Assembly: GCF_019464535.1 (NCBI RefSeq)
Contig: NZ_CP080507.1
Span: forward strand, 3,900,001-3,932,000
Origin: Horticoccus luteus
GTDB taxonomy: Bacteria; Verrucomicrobiota; Verrucomicrobiia; Opitutales; Opitutaceae
Direction: 5' to 3'
Length of the DNA stretch: 32,000 nucleotides
The position numbers and the translations under genes are program-made. The notes beneath the pieces are model-generated. The model did not search any database. It worked only from the letters and a program-made list of their open reading frames with translations, and was not told where the DNA came from. Numbering within the stretch: the first letter of the stretch is position 1; every line of letters begins with the position of its first letter. Below are positions 13,839-21,317 of this stretch, one piece after another.

Positions 13839-15341
13839 TTACCGGCGCTCGCTCGCCTGCTGCAACGCGTAGTATTTTTCCAACAGCGCGTAGTTGAGTT
13901 CCAGCGACATCGGCTGCACCAACGGCAGCATCGCTTGCACCGGCCAGTCGACCGCCCGTTGTCGCAGCAATTCCTCCACCCGGTTCAAACTCATCGGATT
14001 TGACCGTTTGGCGTCCACCAAGGCGGCTCTCAATTCCGGCAAATCCTCCTTCGCTCCCGCCAAAATCGCGGCAAAATACAGTGCCTCCGTGGCGTCATCG
14101 CGGCCCTCGGCGGGAGCGCGTGGCAAGCGGCGCCACGCCGTGATGCACAGCGTCAAAAGATCCGGGTCCGGGTAGGCAATGAGATGCAGCGCCAGCACCG
14201 TAACTCCCGTCGCTCCAGCGCCGCGTTCCGGCGCGACGAGCTGCTGGGCCTCCCGCTCCAACGCCGCTCGGTTGTGCCCTACCGCGTGCGCCGCCAGCAC
14301 CAACCGCAGCACGTCCCGTCCCTTCATCGTGTTCCGCAATTCTTCCAACAACGTCAGCGCCTCCGTTGGCGCACCAAGCTCAATCAAACGGTCGATCCGG
14401 TGAAAATTGGCGTAGGCGAAAGCACTCGGCGTGCTCCCGAAAAAGAGCAGATCGCGCGCCGCATCGGGCGGCATGCGTTGCGTGCGCGCCTCCAACGTCA
14501 ACACGCTTTTGACGGCGTCTGGGATCGGGTCCCGGGCCACATCGTCGAGCAGTTCCGGCTTCTCCAGCAGGCGCGACGCCACGATCAAGGCATGCGTCCA
14601 AGGCGAAGGGTCTCCGTCTTGTCGCGCGAGCTCCTGCCGCGCCAGTTTCGCCACGCCCATCAAGTCACCGCGAGCGAGCAGACTGCGCAGCCACACCTGC
14701 GTCGTCTCGTCGTGATGCTCCGGATGTGTTTGCACCAGATGCGCGTAAACTCCGTCAACGAGATCGGGCCGCCACGTCCAATAGAACTGAGCCACGATCA
14801 TCCCGATCGCGTAGCTGTCCGGATTCATTTCGTAGGCGGTCGTCAGCGACAGCGCCGCTTCCTGCGGGTGGCCTTGCGCCAGCAGTGTCTCTGCCTTCTC
14901 GACAAAATACTCCGCCCGCACCTGGCGTAATTCATGCCACGCTGGAGGCCAGAGAATCTGCCGCGGTGATGCGCGCAAACCCACGGCATGCGCGGCACCC
15001 CAGCCGGCCGTTCCGATCACGAGCACCACTCCCAGCGTCGCCCCGCCGTAGTAAACCGCCGCGCGGCCCCAGAAAGGTCGCACGCCGGCCGGGCTGACGC
15101 TGCACACCCACTCCCCGCGCTGATTGCGCGCCAGGAGCGGGCACACCCGGCGTTGAAACCGTTGCGGGTCATTCCAGAATGCCGCGCCTTCGCAGCCCGT
15201 CTCAAAGGGTCGGCCGGAATCCGACGGGTTGTGGCACGGGCATTGCCCCTTCCGGCCGCGCAGCACGAACACGCTCTTGCGCGCGTTCCAATACCAGAGC
15301 GCGCCTGCCGTGCGCGCCAAGTCGCCAAGCCACCCTTTCAT
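13839..15341 (-). CDS. Hypothetical single-pass membrane protein: cytoplasmic Cys-cluster N-terminus, one TM helix, ~380-aa TPR-like helical-repeat domain
   Basis: 500-aa ORF with an ATG at 15339..15341. The N-terminal 85 aa carry C34-x-C36-H37, C50, C67 and C80 (GQCPCHNPSDSGRPFETGCEGAAFWNDPQRFQRRVCPLLARNQRGEWVCSV). A hydrophobic helix AAVYYGGATLGVVLVIGTAGWGAA follows. The remainder is Leu/Ala-rich with helical hairpin-like periodicity (EKAETLLAQGHPQEAALSLTTAYEMNPDSY...). It is the last gene of the glycosyltransferase operon. Confidence 0.75.
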   Translation of the reverse strand: MKGWLGDLARTAGALWYWNARKSVFVLRGRKGQCPCHNPSDSGRPFETGCEGAAFWNDPQRFQRRVCPLLARNQRGEWVCSVSPAGVRPFWGRAAVYYGGATLGVVLVIGTAGWGAAHAVGLRASPRQILWPPAWHELRQVRAEYFVEKAETLLAQGHPQEAALSLTTAYEMNPDSYAIGMIVAQFYWTWRPDLVDGVYAHLVQTHPEHHDETTQVWLRSLLARGDLMGVAKLARQELARQDGDPSPWTHALIVASRLLEKPELLDDVARDPIPDAVKSVLTLEARTQRMPPDAARDLLFFGSTPSAFAYANFHRIDRLIELGAPTEALTLLEELRNTMKGRDVLRLVLAAHAVGHNRAALEREAQQLVAPERGAGATGVTVLALHLIAYPDPDLLTLCITAWRRLPRAPAEGRDDATEALYFAAILAGAKEDLPELRAALVDAKRSNPMSLNRVEELLRQRAVDWPVQAMLPLVQPMSLELNYALLEKYYALQQASERR

Positions 15342-15414
15342 GCCTCAAGCAAGCGCGACCGGCTTGCACGACGCAACGCCGGAGCGTTTCCCTCCCGCAA
15401 CAATCAAGGCCTCC

Positions 15415-16881
15415 TCAATGCCACTTCAATTTGCGCAGGCCGAACCACGTCATTTTCAGCAGCACCCAGCCATGCCGGAAACGCGAGATGTTCGTCTCGC
15501 CGTAGGTGCGATCACGGTAACGCACCGGAATATCGCGGATGCGCAAACCCAGCAGGGCCGAGCCGAAGAGGAAGTTGAAATCGCCAAACGGATCGAAGTC
15601 CCCAAACGGAGCGATGCGGCGACACAGCTTCTCGTAATCCGCGCGCAACATCATCTTGGTGCCGCACAGACTGTCCTTCACCGGCTGCCCGAGCACATAA
15701 CTCAGCGTGAGCGCAAAAAACTTATTCCCCAACAGATTCAGGAAACGCATGGCCTTCTCCTCCCGCGGATAGACCAGCCGGCTGCCATTCGCGAACTCTG
15801 CCCGACCCGACGCCACCGCCGCATAAAACTTCGCCAGGTCTTCCGGCGGCGCGGTGAGGTCGGCATCCTGAATCACCAGCACATCGCCTTGCGCCACCGC
15901 GAGGCCCGTGCGCACCGCATCCCATTTCCCTCTCCCCGGTTGCTGCATCATGCGCACGTGATGCGGTCCATGATACGCAGCGACCTCCCGCTGAATGGCG
16001 GCCCAGGTGTCGTCGCGGCTGTTGCCTTCCACAAAAATAATCTCCGTGCCCCGACCGAGCACCGGGATCCGCGCCAGCGCCGCTGCAATGTTGCCGGATT
16101 CGTTTCGCGCCGGCACCACCACCGAACATGACACCGCGCCGCGCAACTCCGGCGCCCGCCGCGGACGCGCCGTGATCATCAGCGTGATCCCGAAATGCCG
16201 CACAAGCGGCAGACGCACCAGGAAGCGATTGAAAAACGCCGAGAGCAGCGGGACTTGAAACGGCAGCAGTTGCACGCGCTCGAAGCTCACCACTTCCCAA
16301 TCCGCGAGTTCGAGCAGGTTGAACAAATCGGAGTGCGTGAGCCAGTTGCTGGGCGGCTGGCGCATCACCGCCTTCGCCCCCACCGCGAGTCTGAGCGGCC
16401 CGCGCCAGAGCGTATTCAGCGAAGTGACATGCAGCCGCGTGCGGGCGTGCGCCGAGGCTTGGAGATGTTGCAGCACCGCCTGGATGTCGCCCACGTAACC
16501 GGTCAGATAATCGAGCACGATATGGTCGAATGTCTCCGCGATCGGACCGGCCTCGATATCGTGCTCCTGAAATGTCAGCGCCGGTGCCTCCGCGTGCCGC
16601 GCCCGCGCCTTTGCCACCATCGCCGCGCTGAAATCGACGCCCACGCCCCGCGCCGGGCGCAGTGCCGCCAGCAAGTCGCCCGCCCCGCAGCCACACTCCA
16701 GCACACGCTCACCTTCCGGGATACGATGGCGAAACAAAGCCCGGAGCTGCGCGTGAAACCCGCCTTGGATCCGCCGCGCCCGTGCGTCGTGGGTGGCGAC
16801 CCAGTCGAAATGCGCGCGCATGGGCGACGTGGCCGGGGAAGCGGTTTCTGTTACGGAAGACATGGCGAGCGGCGGACTCAA
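15415..16881 (-). CDS. Bifunctional class I SAM-dependent methyltransferase / family 2 glycosyltransferase (Dpm1/ArnC-like polyprenyl-phosphate glycosyltransferase)
   Basis: 488 aa. The TTG start (16879..16881) overlaps the upstream TGA stop. The N-terminal half has SAM motif I VLECGCGAGDLL. The C-terminal half has VVVPARNESGNI, EIIFVEGNSRDDT, the DxD-type VIQDADLTAPPEDL, and IRDIPVRYRDRTYGETNIS, typical of Dpm1/ArnC/GtrB-type GT2 enzymes. Confidence 0.85.
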   Translation of the reverse strand: MSPPLAMSSVTETASPATSPMRAHFDWVATHDARARRIQGGFHAQLRALFRHRIPEGERVLECGCGAGDLLAALRPARGVGVDFSAAMVAKARARHAEAPALTFQEHDIEAGPIAETFDHIVLDYLTGYVGDIQAVLQHLQASAHARTRLHVTSLNTLWRGPLRLAVGAKAVMRQPPSNWLTHSDLFNLLELADWEVVSFERVQLLPFQVPLLSAFFNRFLVRLPLVRHFGITLMITARPRRAPELRGAVSCSVVVPARNESGNIAAALARIPVLGRGTEIIFVEGNSRDDTWAAIQREVAAYHGPHHVRMMQQPGRGKWDAVRTGLAVAQGDVLVIQDADLTAPPEDLAKFYAAVASGRAEFANGSRLVYPREEKAMRFLNLLGNKFFALTLSYVLGQPVKDSLCGTKMMLRADYEKLCRRIAPFGDFDPFGDFNFLFGSALLGLRIRDIPVRYRDRTYGETNISRFRHGWVLLKMTWFGLRKLKWH

Positions 16882-18698
16882 GACGACCCCGCCCCCTTGG
16901 TCGAGACCGCCGACGGAGGTTTCGGCGCGGGGTCAATCGCGACGAGTCGGCTGACGCGGTCGATTTTGGTGCCAAACCGCTTTTCGGCGAGCAACTGCAG
17001 CTTGAAGCTTTCCGGCAGCAGCTCTTCCGGCACCAACTGATGATCGCCGTTCGCCGAAGCGGGGCGCAGTGACTGAATCACCAGTATTTCGTGAAACCTC
17101 GGCCGCTGTAACTGGTAATGCAGCCGATCCGCCACCAACTTGGCTCGATCGATCATGATCGCCGGACGTTCCTCGAGCAGCCAAGGCAACGAAGACTTGT
17201 TCGTGATGATCAACCGCTCTCCTGCCGGCAGGCTGCGCACCAGACGCCGCTCCCACTCGATCTCATCGATCCCCAAGTGTGAGTAATAGTGAAACGCGTA
17301 GCGCGTCGTCGTCACCCCGAGCACGAAACACGCAGCCGCGCCGCACAACCACGTCAGCGCCCGTCCGCGACGTTCGATTCCCGCCACCAGCAACACCGCG
17401 GCAAATGCCAGCAGCAGATTAAGCGGCAGGCTGAAGCGCGACGCCATCCGGTCCGCGAAACTCGACCAGTAATAGCAAAAGACCAGCACCGTGTTGCCCA
17501 CGATCGCCGCGGAAAAGCATAACAACGCCCATTGCGCCCCGCTCCACGGCTGCCCTCCGCGCCGCCGCCGCGAGGCGCGCCATGCCAACCAGACCATCCC
17601 CAATCCACCCAGGACGGACAGCAGGAGCGAGTTCGCGAGTTCCGGACTCGTGTTAAAGAGAAACTTTGCCGCACTGATCGCGTTGTCCTGCAGATAACTC
17701 AGGCTGAACCGCGTCGTGGTTTCCTCCTTCAGCTCCCACAACAGCGGCGAATTCGAGAGCACCTTGTTTTGCAGCGCGCACGGAATGAGCAACAGCGGCG
17801 CCACAATCGCCGCCCACGGCAGAATCACCCGCTGCGCCCGCCACCAACCGAGCAGCACCACGACCGCCACCGGCGCGGCATAAAGAGCCGATTCGTAGCG
17901 CGACTGCGCCAGCAGCACCGCCGTCAACGCCAGCGCCGCCACCGCTTCTTCCGACGGCCGCGCGAGGTAAGCGCCCGCGATCGCGAGCGTCGCCAGGATC
18001 ATCACCACATTCAACAACTCCATTCCCGAGCCCGTCGCGTTCTGCCCCAGCAGCGGCAGTCCGCCCAGCAACAGCACCGCCAGCAATCCGCCGCGCCAAC
18101 CCGTCAGTTGACGCCCCACCACAAAGGCCAGCAGGAGCGCGAGCGGCAGCAGCAGCGAGTTGACGACATAGGCATTCAGCGGCCGATAGCCCGTGAGATC
18201 ATGCGCCAGCGACACGACGAACGGGTAAAAATATGGCCGTTTATCGAGGTAGTTGTTGGTCGAGATGAAAACTCCTTCCACCTCGTAGCCCCGCACCATC
18301 GTCGCGACTTCGCGAAAAAAATGCATGTTGAACGCCGTCGATTGCAGCACGAACTCGTCGTTGAGAATTTTGCTGCGATACGGCTCCGCGTTGATCGCGA
18401 GCAGCGAGAGCCCCGCGATCGTGCCCGCCACCAGCCAGCGTTGCCGCCCCGTCAACCCCTCCCGCACCGCGGAACGGCGCCGCCACCAACGCCACAAGAC
18501 CGCGCCGCAGAGCACGAAGGTCACGAACATCACGTAATAGCCTCCGCGCTTTACGACCGCCTCCGCCGTCATCACCGACAACCCGAGAAACCCCAGATAC
18601 ACCGCGCCAACACCCGCGAGCCCGAAACACGCCAGCCGCACGTCCGCTCGCGCAAGCAAGCGCCGAAGCGATGAGACTGCAGCAGCCGGCTCTGTCAC
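16878..18698 (-). CDS. Polytopic GT-C fold glycosyltransferase (PMT_2/ArnT-like, GT39/GT83-type), paralogue B
   Basis: 606 aa. The GTG start (18696..18698) overlaps the upstream stop, forming GTGA. There are about 11-13 hydrophobic segments and an acidic loop-1 motif KILNDEF. Motifs shared with the neighbouring paralogue are LDKRP, HDLTGYRP, LPLLGQNATGSG, SRYES and GWWR. A soluble C-terminal domain of ~150 aa follows. Confidence 0.8.
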   Translation of the reverse strand: MTEPAAAVSSLRRLLARADVRLACFGLAGVGAVYLGFLGLSVMTAEAVVKRGGYYVMFVTFVLCGAVLWRWWRRRSAVREGLTGRQRWLVAGTIAGLSLLAINAEPYRSKILNDEFVLQSTAFNMHFFREVATMVRGYEVEGVFISTNNYLDKRPYFYPFVVSLAHDLTGYRPLNAYVVNSLLLPLALLLAFVVGRQLTGWRGGLLAVLLLGGLPLLGQNATGSGMELLNVVMILATLAIAGAYLARPSEEAVAALALTAVLLAQSRYESALYAAPVAVVVLLGWWRAQRVILPWAAIVAPLLLIPCALQNKVLSNSPLLWELKEETTTRFSLSYLQDNAISAAKFLFNTSPELANSLLLSVLGGLGMVWLAWRASRRRRGGQPWSGAQWALLCFSAAIVGNTVLVFCYYWSSFADRMASRFSLPLNLLLAFAAVLLVAGIERRGRALTWLCGAAACFVLGVTTTRYAFHYYSHLGIDEIEWERRLVRSLPAGERLIITNKSSLPWLLEERPAIMIDRAKLVADRLHYQLQRPRFHEILVIQSLRPASANGDHQLVPEELLPESFKLQLLAEKRFGTKIDRVSRLVAIDPAPKPPSAVSTKGAGSS

Positions 18699-20551
18699 GG
18701 CAGTTCTTGGATGAAATGCTCGAAATACGCCTGCCGCACTTTCTCGCGTTCTTCGCGCGAAAGTTTTTCGAGCGGCACCGGCTTTTCAGTCGGCGGCGTC
18801 GTCGGGCCGCCGTCGATCGCCGTGACTCGGCTGATCCGACTCAACCGCATCGGCGAAAACTGCCGCTCCTGCACCGTGGCCAGATGGTAGTCCGGCCCGA
18901 TGTCGTCATCCTTCTGCACGGTCAGTGCCCCCGTCTTCGGATCCACGTCGAAGCGCTGGAAAACATAGATGTTGGAAAAGGTGCGATTTTGAAAATTGAA
19001 GATGAGCAGATCCTTGTGCTCCAGCGCCTGCAGCACGGGCGTGCTGGAAACCAGATGCGTGATCCAGATGATCGAGTTCGCATCGATCACGAGATAGTCG
19101 CGCTCCGGGTGCGCCGCGATGAATTCCCGCCGCCACGCCGTCTCGCGGCCCACGTAGTATTCCAACGAATAAGCGTGCCGCGCCATGGCGGGCAGCGAGG
19201 AGAAAAACATGCCCGCCACGACCACCCCGATGAGCACTCTCCACGCCACCGCGCGGCGGGCGAGTTCCGCCACCACGACAATCACCGCCAGCGCGAGAAA
19301 CAGATTCTCCGGCAGGCTGAGGCGCCGGATCACCGGATCGTCGAACTTGCCCCAAAAATAGACCATCATCAGCGCGCCGTGGAGCAGAAAGCCCACCGCC
19401 ATCCACGCAAAGGCCACGCTCACGGCCGGATTGGCCCCGGGCCGGCGCAGGATTTTCACCAACCAGAGCAACAGGAAAGGCAGCGCCAGAAATCCGAGCA
19501 CCGAAAGCACCAGCGAATTGCCTTGGTTGGCGCTCGGATCGAAGAAGAAATTAAGCGCGTGCTGGATGTTGTCCGGCACGTAGCGCAGCGCGAACGGTTT
19601 CGCCGCACCCGGCTGCCCCGCCAGCTCCCACGCGGAGTCGCGCGCCGAAAACACGCGGTTGTGCCACGCCACCGGCAGCAGCAGAAGCGGCGTCGCCCAC
19701 ACCGCCCACGTGAACTGCAGCCGGCGTTGACGCCACCAACCGCACGCGATCACCGCGGCGATCGGCAGCAGAAACAGCACCGATTCGTAACGCGTCAACG
19801 CCAGCAACACCGCCGCGAGGCACAACGCGTTCAACGAATCATCGTCGAGCCGCTCCGCGTAGCGCAGCGCCAGCGCCACATTCACCAGAATCATCACCAA
19901 GTTCAAAATCTCGAACCCACCGCCCGTGGCGTTTTGCGAGAGCAACGGCAGACTGGTGAGCAACAACACCGCCGCCGCGCCCGCGCCCATCCCCCCGAGT
20001 CGTCGGCCGACATGAAACACGAGCCCAAGCAGCGTGAACGTCAGCAGCACATTGAGCACAAATGCATTCTCCGGCCGATAACCCGTGAAATCGTGCAGCA
20101 GCGACAGCAGAAACGGATGAAACAGCGGACGCTTGTCGAGTTGTCCGCTCAAGAGTTGAAACGCCCCCTGGATGTCGTGCCCGCGCGTGGGGACGAGCGC
20201 CGTCTTGTCGAAGTGCAGGCTCATCGACGTGCCGAGCAACATCACCTCGTCCATGAGAATCTTGAAGCCAAAGCTCTCTTGCACGAGCAGCACGAGACCG
20301 CACCCGAGCACCAGGACCGCCGGCCACTTTCTCGCCCCGCGCAGCTCCCGCCAGCGCTCCGCTGCAGGGCGCAGCACCCGCCACAGCGCCCACCCAAACA
20401 ACACCGTGATGAGCAACAAGGCCCAATAGCCGCCGTAGATCACGAGCTGCATACTCTGATCCGGCGTGAACGTCAGAAAACCCAGCACCAGCGCGAGCGC
20501 AGCCGTGCCGGACAAAAGCCACAAGGAGCGGTGGCGAAGAAGCGAATTCAT
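18695..20551 (-). CDS. Polytopic GT-C fold glycosyltransferase (PMT_2/ArnT-like), paralogue A
   Basis: 618 aa with an ATG at 20549..20551. It is multi-TM with the acidic loop motif KILMDEV. It aligns colinearly with paralogue B through LDKRP, HDFTGYRP, LPLLSQNATGGG, TRYES and GWWR. The soluble C-terminal domain ends in EKLSREEREKVRQAYFEHFIQELP. Confidence 0.8.
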   Translation of the reverse strand: MNSLLRHRSLWLLSGTAALALVLGFLTFTPDQSMQLVIYGGYWALLLITVLFGWALWRVLRPAAERWRELRGARKWPAVLVLGCGLVLLVQESFGFKILMDEVMLLGTSMSLHFDKTALVPTRGHDIQGAFQLLSGQLDKRPLFHPFLLSLLHDFTGYRPENAFVLNVLLTFTLLGLVFHVGRRLGGMGAGAAAVLLLTSLPLLSQNATGGGFEILNLVMILVNVALALRYAERLDDDSLNALCLAAVLLALTRYESVLFLLPIAAVIACGWWRQRRLQFTWAVWATPLLLLPVAWHNRVFSARDSAWELAGQPGAAKPFALRYVPDNIQHALNFFFDPSANQGNSLVLSVLGFLALPFLLLWLVKILRRPGANPAVSVAFAWMAVGFLLHGALMMVYFWGKFDDPVIRRLSLPENLFLALAVIVVVAELARRAVAWRVLIGVVVAGMFFSSLPAMARHAYSLEYYVGRETAWRREFIAAHPERDYLVIDANSIIWITHLVSSTPVLQALEHKDLLIFNFQNRTFSNIYVFQRFDVDPKTGALTVQKDDDIGPDYHLATVQERQFSPMRLSRISRVTAIDGGPTTPPTEKPVPLEKLSREEREKVRQAYFEHFIQELP

Positions 20552-20594
20552 CTGGATGACCCGACGAACGCACGCGAACCGCGACGCGTTGTCG

Positions 20595-20625
20595 AAAAAA
20601 AAGCCGTTCGCGGTCGGCGAACGGC
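20595..20625 (-). terminator. Rho-independent terminator downstream of the pseudopilin gene
   Basis: On the minus strand, GCCGTTCGC-cgacc-GCGAACGGC is followed by T8. On the plus strand this is the A8 run at 20595..20602 and the stems at 20603..20611 and 20617..20625. It lies 26 nt after the pilin stop codon. Confidence 0.8.
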
Positions 20626-20650
20626 TTCGTAAATCAAACCGACCGATTTC

Positions 20651-20995
20651 TTACGGGGCGTAAGTGACGGTGCGCTGGCCGGCCACACCCGAGATCGTGA
20701 TGGTCACGCCTTGCGTATAGTTCGCCGGATACGACTCGCTGGCCACCGTGTTGACGGCCTTCACGTATTTGTCCGAACCCACGAGGTCGCTCAACGCCGC
20801 CGTCGAGACACCGTTCTCGAGGAAGTATTGGTCCGCCGCGCCAGAGAGCTGACGGGCATTGTTCAAGACGGCTTTGTCTTGCGAGGACTGGCGAACCTTT
20901 TGGAACGCCGGAATCGCCATGGCGGCCAAGAGGCCGATGATGACGACAACGATCATGATTTCAACGAGGGTGAAGCCCCGATTACCTTTGTTCAT
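20651..20995 (-). CDS. Prepilin-type N-terminal cleavage/methylation domain protein (type II secretion pseudopilin / type IV pilin-like)
   Basis: 114 aa with an ATG start. The N-terminus is MNKGNRG/FTLVEIMIVVVIIGLLAAMAIPAFQKVR: the classic G/F cleavage site with Glu+5, a hydrophobic helix and the AIPAF motif. Confidence 0.9.
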   Translation of the reverse strand: MNKGNRGFTLVEIMIVVVIIGLLAAMAIPAFQKVRQSSQDKAVLNNARQLSGAADQYFLENGVSTAALSDLVGSDKYVKAVNTVASESYPANYTQGVTITISGVAGQRTVTYAP

Positions 20996-21317
20996 AGTGC
21001 TGGGATGATATTATTTATGATATGCGATGCTCAAACGCGAGCAGTGGGCGCTGACATAGCGACATAAGTTCCGACCGGGCAAGGTCAAAACCTTGCTAAT
21101 AATCCTCGCGCCGCCCGCCTTCCCCGCGGCTTGCCCACACCCCGCGGGGAAATTTTCCGCTCTTTTTTCGATCGAGTCTTGCCAACGCCCGGTGACTTTC
21201 TCCCTGTAAGTTTTCGCTGGCCGGAGAACGCGCCGCGGACGCCGTCGCTCATTTTAATCTGGAGAAATTCGGGTGGAGCTTGCGCCCGGGCACGCGCTCG
21301 GCGGCGGCGAGTCTCCT

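Noticed and set aside
18671-20632. 653-aa plus-strand ORF (and 17532..18674) opposite the GT-C genes
   Set aside because: The Arg/His/Gln-rich sequences are not protein-like. The minus-strand frames instead give coherent multi-TM proteins with conserved paralogous motifs.
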